The position numbers and the translations under genes are program-made. The notes under the pieces are model-generated. The model searched no databases. It was not told where the DNA came from and worked only from the letters and a program-made list of their open reading frames with translations. This document shows, in pieces, positions 1 through 7,470 of a DNA stretch of 64,000 nucleotides. Where the stretch lies: the IMG/VR virus record IMGVR_UViG_3300028393_000045, one strand, 5' to 3'. This DNA comes from an uncultured virus (IMG/VR IMGVR_UViG_3300028393_000045). Lineage: Duplodnaviria; Heunggongvirae; Uroviricota; Caudoviricetes. Each line of letters starts with the position of its first letter. The first letter of the stretch is position 1.

Positions 1-143
1 GTTGCCTGCTTGATAGTCTTTGACAGACGTAACAGCGCATCATTGGCTTCTTGTGCCCGTGCTGCATCTTCCGCACTGGTGCGAGTCTGTATGCCTGCTT
101 GTAACGCTTGAACAATTGCTTCTGCTAATCTAGTTTCATCCAT
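1..143 (-). CDS. Partial ORF running off the window (MDETRLAEAIVQALQAGIQTRTSAEDAARAQEAND...), possibly the N-terminus of the tape measure protein
   Basis: ATG at 143-141, open to the window edge; helical Ala/Glu-rich sequence; TATAAATA late promoter at 180-187 (-); divergent from the gp26-like gene. Confidence 0.45.
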   Translation of the reverse strand, partial: MDETRLAEAIVQALQAGIQTRTSAEDAARAQEANDALLRLSKTIKQA

Positions 144-159
144 GGCCAGGTTTTTCCCG

Positions 160-187
160 ATAAATATATTACTAACTTATATTTATA
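160..187. promoter_or_regulatory. Overlapping divergent T4-type late promoters
   Basis: ATAAATA on + at 160-166 and TATAAATA on - at 180-187. Confidence 0.65.
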
Positions 188-199
188 GGATTTCAAATA

Positions 200-1048
200 A
201 TGGAAAATCAACGCAAAAACCCACTAGCTGGGCACTTTAGACAACCGGCTATTTACTTAACATTACCCAGCAAAGGTCGATGGTGGGGTGAAAATGCTCT
301 AAATATGCCAGCAAACCAAGAAATACCCATTTATCCAATGAGCACCAAAGATGAAATTATACTCAGAACACCAGACGCATTGCTAAATGGCCAGGGTATT
401 ATAGAAGTTATTCACAGTTGTTGCCCAAATATATTAGATGCATGGCAAATGCCTAGCATTGACGTAGATGCTGTGTTAATAGCAATACGCATTGCCACCT
501 ACGGCAATGACATGAATTTTGATAGTAAATGCACACATTGTGGTGAAGATAATACACACGGGGTAGATTTAAGTGAGCCATTGGCTAGTTTAAGATGTCC
601 TAACTATGCCGAACCATTAGAACATAAAGGCTTAAAAATAAAGTTTAAACCACAACATTATTTTACTGCTAATAAATCAAATGTTTTAGAGTTCCAAGAA
701 CAAAAGATATTAAATTTACTAGCAGCAGCAGACATGGATCCAGAAGATAAAGCAGTGCAAATAAAACAGGCAATGGATAAACTTTTTGATCAAGGCCTCA
801 GGGCCTGTACGGACTGCACAGATCATATAGAAATGGAAGACGGCCAGCAAGTACATAATACTGACTATATCTTTGAATTCTACACAAACGCTGAAAGCGG
901 ACTAATCCGCGAAATACAAGCTAAAGTACAAGAGTTTAGCAATCAAGCTAAACCTGATGGAATAGCACTAGCATGTCAGGAATGCCATAAACCATACGAG
1001 GTAGAACTAGCGTTCGATTACGCAAATTTTTTCGGAAGAGGCTTTTAA
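200..1048 (+). CDS. Baseplate hub assembly protein, T4 gp26-like
   Basis: NPL..FRQP.IYL.LPS start; two CxxC pairs (CTHC, CQEC); ends DYANFF. Confidence 0.75.
   Translation: MENQRKNPLAGHFRQPAIYLTLPSKGRWWGENALNMPANQEIPIYPMSTKDEIILRTPDALLNGQGIIEVIHSCCPNILDAWQMPSIDVDAVLIAIRIATYGNDMNFDSKCTHCGEDNTHGVDLSEPLASLRCPNYAEPLEHKGLKIKFKPQHYFTANKSNVLEFQEQKILNLLAAADMDPEDKAVQIKQAMDKLFDQGLRACTDCTDHIEMEDGQQVHNTDYIFEFYTNAESGLIREIQAKVQEFSNQAKPDGIALACQECHKPYEVELAFDYANFFGRGF
1024..1033 (+). other. Candidate -1 ribosomal frameshift site (A AAT TTT TTC)
   Basis: Overlapping X XXY YYZ heptamers in the correct phase, 5 codons before the stop; the -1 frame is open to 1266. Confidence 0.65.
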
Positions 1049-1266
1049 CTTTAAACACTGACGCAGAGGTCATCAAGTTCTTAGAGAGATATGACCGAGA
1101 AGTAAAAGCCTTAAAAGAAGAAACATTGCGTATGTGCTGGTATATGAGAGGAGGAGTATCTTATAATGAACTCATGGAAATGAGCAACATTGAAAGAACT
1201 ATCATTGGGGATATTATTAAAAGCAATTTAGAAACTACTAAAGAATCCAAATTGCCTTTCTTCTAA
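1027..1266 (+). CDS. gp51-like baseplate/tail assembly protein in the -1 frame (not in the ORF track)
   Basis: FFRKRLLTLNTDAEVIKFLERYDREVKALKEETLRMCWYMRGGVSYNELMEMSNIERTIIGDIIKSNLETTKESKLPFF*; first ATG only at 1132. Confidence 0.7.
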   Translation, partial: FFRKRLLTLNTDAEVIKFLERYDREVKALKEETLRMCWYMRGGVSYNELMEMSNIERTIIGDIIKSNLETTKESKLPFF

Positions 1267-1279
1267 TATTCTTTATCTA

Positions 1280-1720
1280 TTCGAGACTTGCTGTGCAAGT
1301 CTATTGCTATCGCTATCGCTCAGCAATATTATTTCTTCTAATCTAAGAAACAATTCTAAATACTTTTAATTCGGATATATTATCTAGATGTAGATCACAA
1401 TTCGGCCCAGCAGGCCAAAATTGTGATCGAGACATTATCTGAGTGCCTTCAACACACTAACTATAAGAGATTGCTTGCTGGTGCAAACACGGAGGCGGTC
1501 ATCCTGTACCCCCTACTCTAGATTCGATTATGACGGTACACTATACAATAACTAGTTAGCGCCATTGTTAGTGCTTGGGTTGTATATTTTTTACAGAGCC
1601 CAGATCATTTAATACCTTACGTTGGTATCTTACCGTACAGCTCCTAAGTCTGCGGGTGTTATTTCACACACACTCAATAGGGATCGAGGTACCTCGATCA
1701 AACGACGCTGCTATAATAAT
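1280..1720 (-). ncRNA. Candidate large structured ncRNA with a pseudoknot
   Basis: No convincing ORF; many stems, long-range helices and an 8-bp loop pseudoknot; G-U pairs favour the - strand. Confidence 0.65.
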
Positions 1721-1725
1721 TTGCC

Positions 1726-2247
1726 TTAGCGGCTGGATTTACATAGTTGTTCTATTGATTCGGAATTTTTATTCCAGAATGATTCAAAGTCTTGGATGAT
1801 CCATGTGCCATAATTAGGAGAGATATACGTGGAGTAATTGGGATTTAGTGATAGACTTGGTGTCGGTTGACAGGCAATATAAGTGCCTTTGCGATTAAAT
1901 TTCATGAGTAATATATTGAAATCGCCAGTGTTGGCCACTTCTAATAACTGCCCAATCCATTTTTCTAATATAGGTATTGTACCTTGATAAAGTTGATGGA
2001 ATGGAAAATCAGCATAACTCTTTGCTTCCGCATTAAAATATGTCCAAGATTCCGGGGGAACAATATCTCCTTTGAAACTCTTAACTTGACTTGCATCAAG
2101 ACTTGCTTTTCTAAAAGAATTTGTTCCGCCAATGTACGCTCCGCTGTGTGGTGCTCTAATAAAAGAGGCATTGTGGCGCTCAGATAGAAATTTGGCAACT
2201 ACACGTTCCCAGGAATTTCCTTTATTTTTGCTTTTTGATCCACTCAT
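1726..2247 (-). CDS. PD-(D/E)xK Holliday junction resolvase-like nuclease
   Basis: KGNSWER...GDI...EAKSY motif; lies downstream of gp46/gp47. Confidence 0.7.
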   Translation of the reverse strand: MSGSKSKNKGNSWERVVAKFLSERHNASFIRAPHSGAYIGGTNSFRKASLDASQVKSFKGDIVPPESWTYFNAEAKSYADFPFHQLYQGTIPILEKWIGQLLEVANTGDFNILLMKFNRKGTYIACQPTPSLSLNPNYSTYISPNYGTWIIQDFESFWNKNSESIEQLCKSSR

Positions 2248-2306
2248 TGATTTTTGTACCTTGACTATTACTTAGCTTAATTCTCTGTATCTGTGTATTT
2301 TTTATT

Positions 2307-2391
2307 AAAAAAACTGCGGCTGGGTGGCCAACATGATGGACTAAAGTATTGTATTATATTTTTATTATATAGTATTCGTCCCAGCCGCAGT
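2307..2391 (-). terminator. Long hairpin with a 12-bp GC-rich stem and U-tract
   Basis: ACTGCGGCTGGG 2313-2324 / CCCAGCCGCAGT 2380-2391; A-run 2307-2313 gives a U-tract on -. Confidence 0.5.
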
Positions 2392-2403
2392 AAATCTGTG
2401 TAA

Positions 2404-4170
2404 CTATGAGTCTATATCAGTCCCATACGTGGTATAACCGTTGCTTTTGGTGACCCTTAATATATTTTCAACCCTGGCAACTAACTCATCTCGATGACTA
2501 ACTAACCAAACACTCTTCTTGCCATCCCTGCTGAGTTTTTTAAGTATAGCCAATGAACTTTCCATTCCGCTGGAATCTAAACCTGAGTCAACTAATTCGT
2601 CGACAAATAACAAATTGACTTTCTGATATAGGCTTTCCCATACATCACGGAATGCCCAACTTAAACTTAATATAAGTCTATTGCGCTCACCTCGGCTGAG
2701 ATTGTCAAAGTCTAAATCTCTACCTAGCTCTGTGATACTGACTGTGAGATCATTTTGAAACTCAACTTGATGTGGCAGTCCAATCTTTTCTAAGTAGTAA
2801 CTCAGTCTGGTATTTAAATAACTTAAATTTTGATCAATTATTTTTTTGCGAATAAAACTGTCTTTGCTGGTTAACAACTTGAGTAAGAATTCTTCATGAT
2901 CCTTCATCTTAGTCAACTGGTTAATATTATCGTAGCTAACTTCTTCTAATGCAGTTTTTGTCATTTCTTCAATTTGATCATCGTATGGATCAATTTCAAG
3001 TTTTTTCTGTTCTATTTGCTGCAACAGATTTGCTAATGTAGCTCTATGCTCAACGGCGTCTGACTCGCGGTCGTAAAACACATTAGGATGTGTACCTAAT
3101 GCACCCAAGTCGTTTAATTCCTGTGTATTTTCTATGTATTGAGTATTAGTAGCTAGCGACTGTAGTGCAGCCTCTTGCAATGCTTTCTTTTTGCTGTCTA
3201 ACAATTTTACTTGTTTATCATCGTGGAATGATTGCCCGCAACTATGACATGTATGATTTTCTAAACTGGCTATTTCAGTTTTAAGTTGATCAATAAGTTT
3301 AATTTCGCGAGTTTCATCTAGTTCACAGCGTTTAATTAAACTGTTAAGAGTTCTAATCTTTGTTGATTTTTCGTTGTAGGCTGTTAATGCACGATGTGCA
3401 GCTAGCTCTGCCTCAATGTCAATTTGATTCAATTGATCATATGCGCTTTGTAGTTGGTCGCAATCTGTATTGTATTTGTTAACCCAAAGAGTTTGTCTGC
3501 GTCGTAGGGCTTGAATTTGTTCTTCTATGCGTTTATTTGCATCAATGACAGCTCTAATGCGGAATTCGTCCTGCTGTATATCGTCTTTGGTCTGTTTAAT
3601 TCTATCTTTTAGTACTTCTGCTTTTTCACTTAGCAGGGTAATACCCATTAGCTGCTCAATGATTTCTCGTTGATCGCTGGCCCGTAGACTTAAAAAGGGC
3701 TCTGTATAGGTGTTTAATGCAACAATATGCTTAAACATACTGTGGCTCATGCACAATAGTCGTTCAATGTCCTGCTGTGTTTCTCTACTATCGCCCTGAC
3801 TTTCATCTACAATCTGTTGCTCAACATCAGCAACATAAAATTTCATCACGTTAGGTTTACGTCCGCGTTCAACTCTATATTCAACGCCGTCTTTTTCAAA
3901 ATCAATAGTAACCATCATGCCTTTGGCATTAGTTCTATTAATCAGATTGTCTTTTTTGATATTGGTTAGTGCATTGCCATACAAAGCATAGCTAACTATA
4001 TTCAATAATGCGCTTTTTCCAGTGCCGTTGCGAGCACCGCTATCGTCGCCGCCTAAGTCGAGGTTCTCGCCCAGTATCAGTGTTAGGTCATTACGATCTA
4101 AATTGACACTCTGGGTAACATTGCCAATTGACAAAAAGTTTTTTGCCGTAACAGATTTTATTTTAAGCAT
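2404..4170 (-). CDS. Recombination endonuclease subunit, gp46/SbcC/Rad50 ATPase
   Basis: Walker A NGTGKS, CHSC zinc hook, LSRGE signature, LFVDE, SH. Confidence 0.93.
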   Translation of the reverse strand: MLKIKSVTAKNFLSIGNVTQSVNLDRNDLTLILGENLDLGGDDSGARNGTGKSALLNIVSYALYGNALTNIKKDNLINRTNAKGMMVTIDFEKDGVEYRVERGRKPNVMKFYVADVEQQIVDESQGDSRETQQDIERLLCMSHSMFKHIVALNTYTEPFLSLRASDQREIIEQLMGITLLSEKAEVLKDRIKQTKDDIQQDEFRIRAVIDANKRIEEQIQALRRRQTLWVNKYNTDCDQLQSAYDQLNQIDIEAELAAHRALTAYNEKSTKIRTLNSLIKRCELDETREIKLIDQLKTEIASLENHTCHSCGQSFHDDKQVKLLDSKKKALQEAALQSLATNTQYIENTQELNDLGALGTHPNVFYDRESDAVEHRATLANLLQQIEQKKLEIDPYDDQIEEMTKTALEEVSYDNINQLTKMKDHEEFLLKLLTSKDSFIRKKIIDQNLSYLNTRLSYYLEKIGLPHQVEFQNDLTVSITELGRDLDFDNLSRGERNRLILSLSWAFRDVWESLYQKVNLLFVDELVDSGLDSSGMESSLAILKKLSRDGKKSVWLVSHRDELVARVENILRVTKSNGYTTYGTDIDS

Positions 4171-5186
4171 TAGAGAGTACGATAGATTTCAAGCAACAAG
4201 TTAGTATTATAGTTATCGCTGGTAATACCTGTCAATTGATTAGACACAATTTGATCCACGCTTTGAAATGATATGTTGCCTTGTGCAACCATGCCTTCGA
4301 GATCCACATTTGATTGTGGAATTAATTTAATCTCTCTAAGATGATGACTATTAATAAACGTTTCTTTAATAAAACTAGCTTCTTCGTAGCTAATGTCGAT
4401 GTCCAAGTTGACCCTAGCATGCATATTCTTACGTAACAACCTATCGGAGTCATTTAAGATACTGCTGAGATTGTATACTCTATACACGGGTTGATCAGGC
4501 CATGCATGATATACAGGCTCTTGTCCCCATTCAAGTATCATTAGTCCGCGTTCGTCGTCACCGGCATCGGCATAGTTATGCGGAAAACAATTGCCAATGT
4601 AAGTAATATTCTTTTTAGTTTGACGTTTATGAAAATGCCCAGTAAACACATGATCAAAGTGATTAAAGTCTTCTCTATGCACAGTGCCGTGATCGGGCAT
4701 TTCTACCATAGCATTCATCAGGTAACCTGGCAATTCAAAATGCCCAAACATATACCTGGCAGATAGCTTAGGTATACGTTTATGGTCGTCGGCAACAAGC
4801 CAAGGAGCAATAACTACATCGCCCTCAATGAGCCAATCGTTGCAAATGACTACATTCTTTAAATGTTTAGCCCACTCAACACTTTGTACATCGCGCTTGT
4901 CTCTATAATACAAATCATGATTGCCGGGTATAAAAAACACCCTATCAAAATTTGCATTTAAATGTTCTAATGCTTGTAGACTATAATTAAGAGTAACAAT
5001 ATTAATGCTAGCTCTATTATTATGCCAATCACCAAGAAACATGGCTGTTTCGCAGCCCTCTTCCTTGGCCTTAGCAGTAGCCCACTTTACAAAATTTAAA
5101 CAGTCATCGTTGTGTTGGCTGCTGTTTGATTTTAATCCAAAGTGGATATCAGTAAAGACAGCAGCTTTTTTAAAAAGATTACTCAT
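4170..5186 (-). CDS. Recombination endonuclease subunit, gp47/SbcD/Mre11
   Basis: DIHFG, GDW, GNHD, GHFH metallophosphoesterase motifs; coupled to gp46. Confidence 0.93.
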   Translation of the reverse strand: MSNLFKKAAVFTDIHFGLKSNSSQHNDDCLNFVKWATAKAKEEGCETAMFLGDWHNNRASINIVTLNYSLQALEHLNANFDRVFFIPGNHDLYYRDKRDVQSVEWAKHLKNVVICNDWLIEGDVVIAPWLVADDHKRIPKLSARYMFGHFELPGYLMNAMVEMPDHGTVHREDFNHFDHVFTGHFHKRQTKKNITYIGNCFPHNYADAGDDERGLMILEWGQEPVYHAWPDQPVYRVYNLSSILNDSDRLLRKNMHARVNLDIDISYEEASFIKETFINSHHLREIKLIPQSNVDLEGMVAQGNISFQSVDQIVSNQLTGITSDNYNTNLLLEIYRTL

Positions 5187-5192
5187 TCATCT

Positions 5193-5222
5193 ATTATAAC
5201 AGTTTGCCCTACAGTATGTAAA
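5193..5222 (-). promoter_or_regulatory. Sigma70-like promoter for gp47/gp46
   Basis: TTTACA-18-TATAAT on -. Confidence 0.45.
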
Positions 5223-5233
5223 GCATTATGGCG

Positions 5234-6115
5234 CTAATCGTGGTCGCCATCGCTACCACCTGTATAACCAGATGACATACCTTGTCTGGTATAACTTGGA
5301 TTAAAGTTATTCATTTCTAAAATATCGTCGCGTAAGTTCTGATTACGTTTTTCAATATTCAACACACGAGTAAAGCTATTAGTGATAGCGGCAGTATAAT
5401 ACGCAAAAGGGTTCTGCGATTTTGACTCATCAAATTGGAGTCCAATTTGGCTGAGTTGTAGTAAGGCTTGGCTTCGCATTTCGTCATTGTAGGTATATCC
5501 TCTCCAGTTTGATCTTGTTGCATATCTCTCGCATAATTTCATAAACATCAGGGCTAGCTTTTTAGTCATAGACCCATGGTCTCTTGACCATTCTCCGTCA
5601 TCTATATTGCCCTTCCAGTGGCTTTTGCCTACGCAATAGCTAGCACCGTTTACATCAATTTTATAATGTTGGAACGGAGGGAAATTGCATTTAGTGTATT
5701 TAATTATTGCAGCTGGTACTTTATAGTCGGCGTCGTCATCGTATTCGGTATGAGCAGCGGCTTCTTCGTCTGCCGCGTCTTGACTCTTTTTAGTAGCAGC
5801 TTCGTTTATTGGTACATGAGCCCAAGTCATTACTCGAAAAATTACATCTGTAGTAGGAATTTCTTCAGTTGGAAGTAAAAATTCGTCTAGTTTACGTTTT
5901 TCGCCCTGGGCAGCAGCAGCTTCAAGTTGAAGTTTTGCTAATCGCTCTGCTCGATTTTCCTGTGCTTGCCGTATGTTATCTGTGGTGATCTGTAATAAAT
6001 CATGGATAATCATATCATAGTCGGCGTAGTCTGGTAATGTAAAAGTACAGTAAGTACTTTTGCTACGGTGTATCTCTTTTAAGATATCTTTATTATTTAG
6101 GTAATTATGTTTAAT
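5234..6115 (-). CDS. Late-transcription sigma factor, T4 gp55-like; probable ATT start (ORF track uses TTG at 6133)
   Basis: NYLNNKD N-terminus, WRGYTY.DEM, FDESKSQNPFAYYT; SD AAGGAG 7 nt before the in-frame ATT. Confidence 0.85.
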   Translation of the reverse strand: MKHNYLNNKDILKEIHRSKSTYCTFTLPDYADYDMIIHDLLQITTDNIRQAQENRAERLAKLQLEAAAAQGEKRKLDEFLLPTEEIPTTDVIFRVMTWAHVPINEAATKKSQDAADEEAAAHTEYDDDADYKVPAAIIKYTKCNFPPFQHYKIDVNGASYCVGKSHWKGNIDDGEWSRDHGSMTKKLALMFMKLCERYATRSNWRGYTYNDEMRSQALLQLSQIGLQFDESKSQNPFAYYTAAITNSFTRVLNIEKRNQNLRDDILEMNNFNPSYTRQGMSSGYTGGSDGDHD

Positions 6116-6150
6116 TTTTATTCTCCTTAGCAAATTACTGCATTGTTTTT

Positions 6151-6179
6151 AGTTTAGCATATAAATCAACGTATTGCAA
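6151..6179 (-). promoter_or_regulatory. Sigma70-like promoter for the late sigma gene
   Basis: TTGCAA-17-TAAACT with extended -10 TG. Confidence 0.55.
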
Positions 6180-6213
6180 CCATTTAAGTATAAACATAGC
6201 ATATTTTAACTCA

Positions 6214-6221
6214 TATAAATA
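6214..6221 (+). promoter_or_regulatory. T4-type late promoter of the baseplate operon
   Basis: Exact TATAAATA 19 nt before the ATG at 6241. Confidence 0.75.
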
Positions 6222-6240
6222 TAGTTAAGAAGGTACAACC

Positions 6241-7167
6241 ATGCCATTTAATATTCCAGATTTATCTACAACTGCCATACAAAAAATGACAGGGCCTCCT
6301 AACCTATACCAGAGTCTGTCGGGAATTTCTAATCCAGTCAGTGACTTAACGTCGTTGTCAGATCCGGCTGCTAGTAGGTTGTCTTCAGCGGGATTGTCAA
6401 AAGGTGCATATCTGCCAGATGCTGACGAAGTGGATCCTTCTAACATAGATTATGAAGAATCCGACGATACTAGCCAAGATGGTGGCGGAGGCGGTGCCGA
6501 CGACGATAACGAAGGCGACAGTTCGTCTCCAACGTCCTCTAATAGGGCTGCATTTAAAACGTCGCAAATTGCAGCATTTTCTGGACCACAGGGCAAAGAT
6601 TGGCGTTTAAAAGTCACGTGTAAAGAAATCTCAAACTTTTCTGGATTATTAGGACCATTAAAAAATACAGGTGGCGTTATATTTCCGCACACTCCTACAG
6701 TTACAGTTGGGTATCAGGCAAACTATGCAGCACAGAGATATACACATAGTAATTATCCAATGTATACATATGAAAGCAGTGAAGTTCAACCTATACAAAT
6801 ATCTGGAGAATTTACTGTACAAAACAGTGCAGAGGCAGCCTACGTATTAGCTTGTATTTATTTCTTTAGGGCAAGTACAAAAATGTTCTTTGGATCTTCA
6901 AAAAATGCAGGTGCTCCTCCCCCAATAGTCAGACTTACTGGATACGGAGATCAATATTTTCCGTCAGGTGGTGTTCCTTGTGCAGTAACCTCGTTTACTC
7001 ACACTATGCCGCCTGATGTAGATTACATTAATACAGGGCAAACTCGAATGCCCGTAATTAGTACCATAACAGTAAATTTACAACCAATTTACAGTAAATC
7101 AACTTTGACAAAATTTGATTTAAGTAAATTTTCTACAGGTGGACAACTAGGAACAGGATTAATATAA
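6241..7167 (+). CDS. Baseplate/tail tube initiator-like structural protein
   Basis: GVIFPHTP, THSNYP, GAPPPIVRL motifs; first gene of the baseplate operon. Confidence 0.55.
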   Translation: MPFNIPDLSTTAIQKMTGPPNLYQSLSGISNPVSDLTSLSDPAASRLSSAGLSKGAYLPDADEVDPSNIDYEESDDTSQDGGGGGADDDNEGDSSSPTSSNRAAFKTSQIAAFSGPQGKDWRLKVTCKEISNFSGLLGPLKNTGGVIFPHTPTVTVGYQANYAAQRYTHSNYPMYTYESSEVQPIQISGEFTVQNSAEAAYVLACIYFFRASTKMFFGSSKNAGAPPPIVRLTGYGDQYFPSGGVPCAVTSFTHTMPPDVDYINTGQTRMPVISTITVNLQPIYSKSTLTKFDLSKFSTGGQLGTGLI

Positions 7168-7469
7168 TGGCTGCAATATACTCAAAAACTAGTCCGTACT
7201 ATACAACCTCTGTTACCGGTAATTTTTTAAATGTGTTGGCATACCGCCCTATCCCTAAAAATCCAATGGATATAAAATATACAATTGATTATGTTTATGA
7301 ATTTAGGCCTGACATGTTAGCATCTGACCTATATGATAATTCAGGACTGTGGTGGGTATTTGCAATAAGAAATCCAAATGTAATTGCAGATCCAATATTT
7401 GATTTCTATGCTGGTCAGATTATATATCTTCCTAGTAAAGATACATTAATTTCATCATTGGGAATGTAA
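7167..7469 (+). CDS. Baseplate wedge protein, gp53/LysM-like
   Basis: RPDMLASDLYDNSGLWWVFA..N. Confidence 0.8.
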   Translation: MAAIYSKTSPYYTTSVTGNFLNVLAYRPIPKNPMDIKYTIDYVYEFRPDMLASDLYDNSGLWWVFAIRNPNVIADPIFDFYAGQIIYLPSKDTLISSLGM

Positions 7470-7470
7470 A

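Noticed and set aside
1280..1720. Group I intron, tmRNA, RNase P, tRNA or retron msr-msd
   Set aside because: No interrupted gene, no P7/GAAAGUCC/acceptor-stem signatures, and no reverse transcriptase in the window
1575..1799. 74-aa + strand ORF in the track
   Set aside because: TTG start without SD, overlaps the resolvase antisense and lies across the structured RNA region
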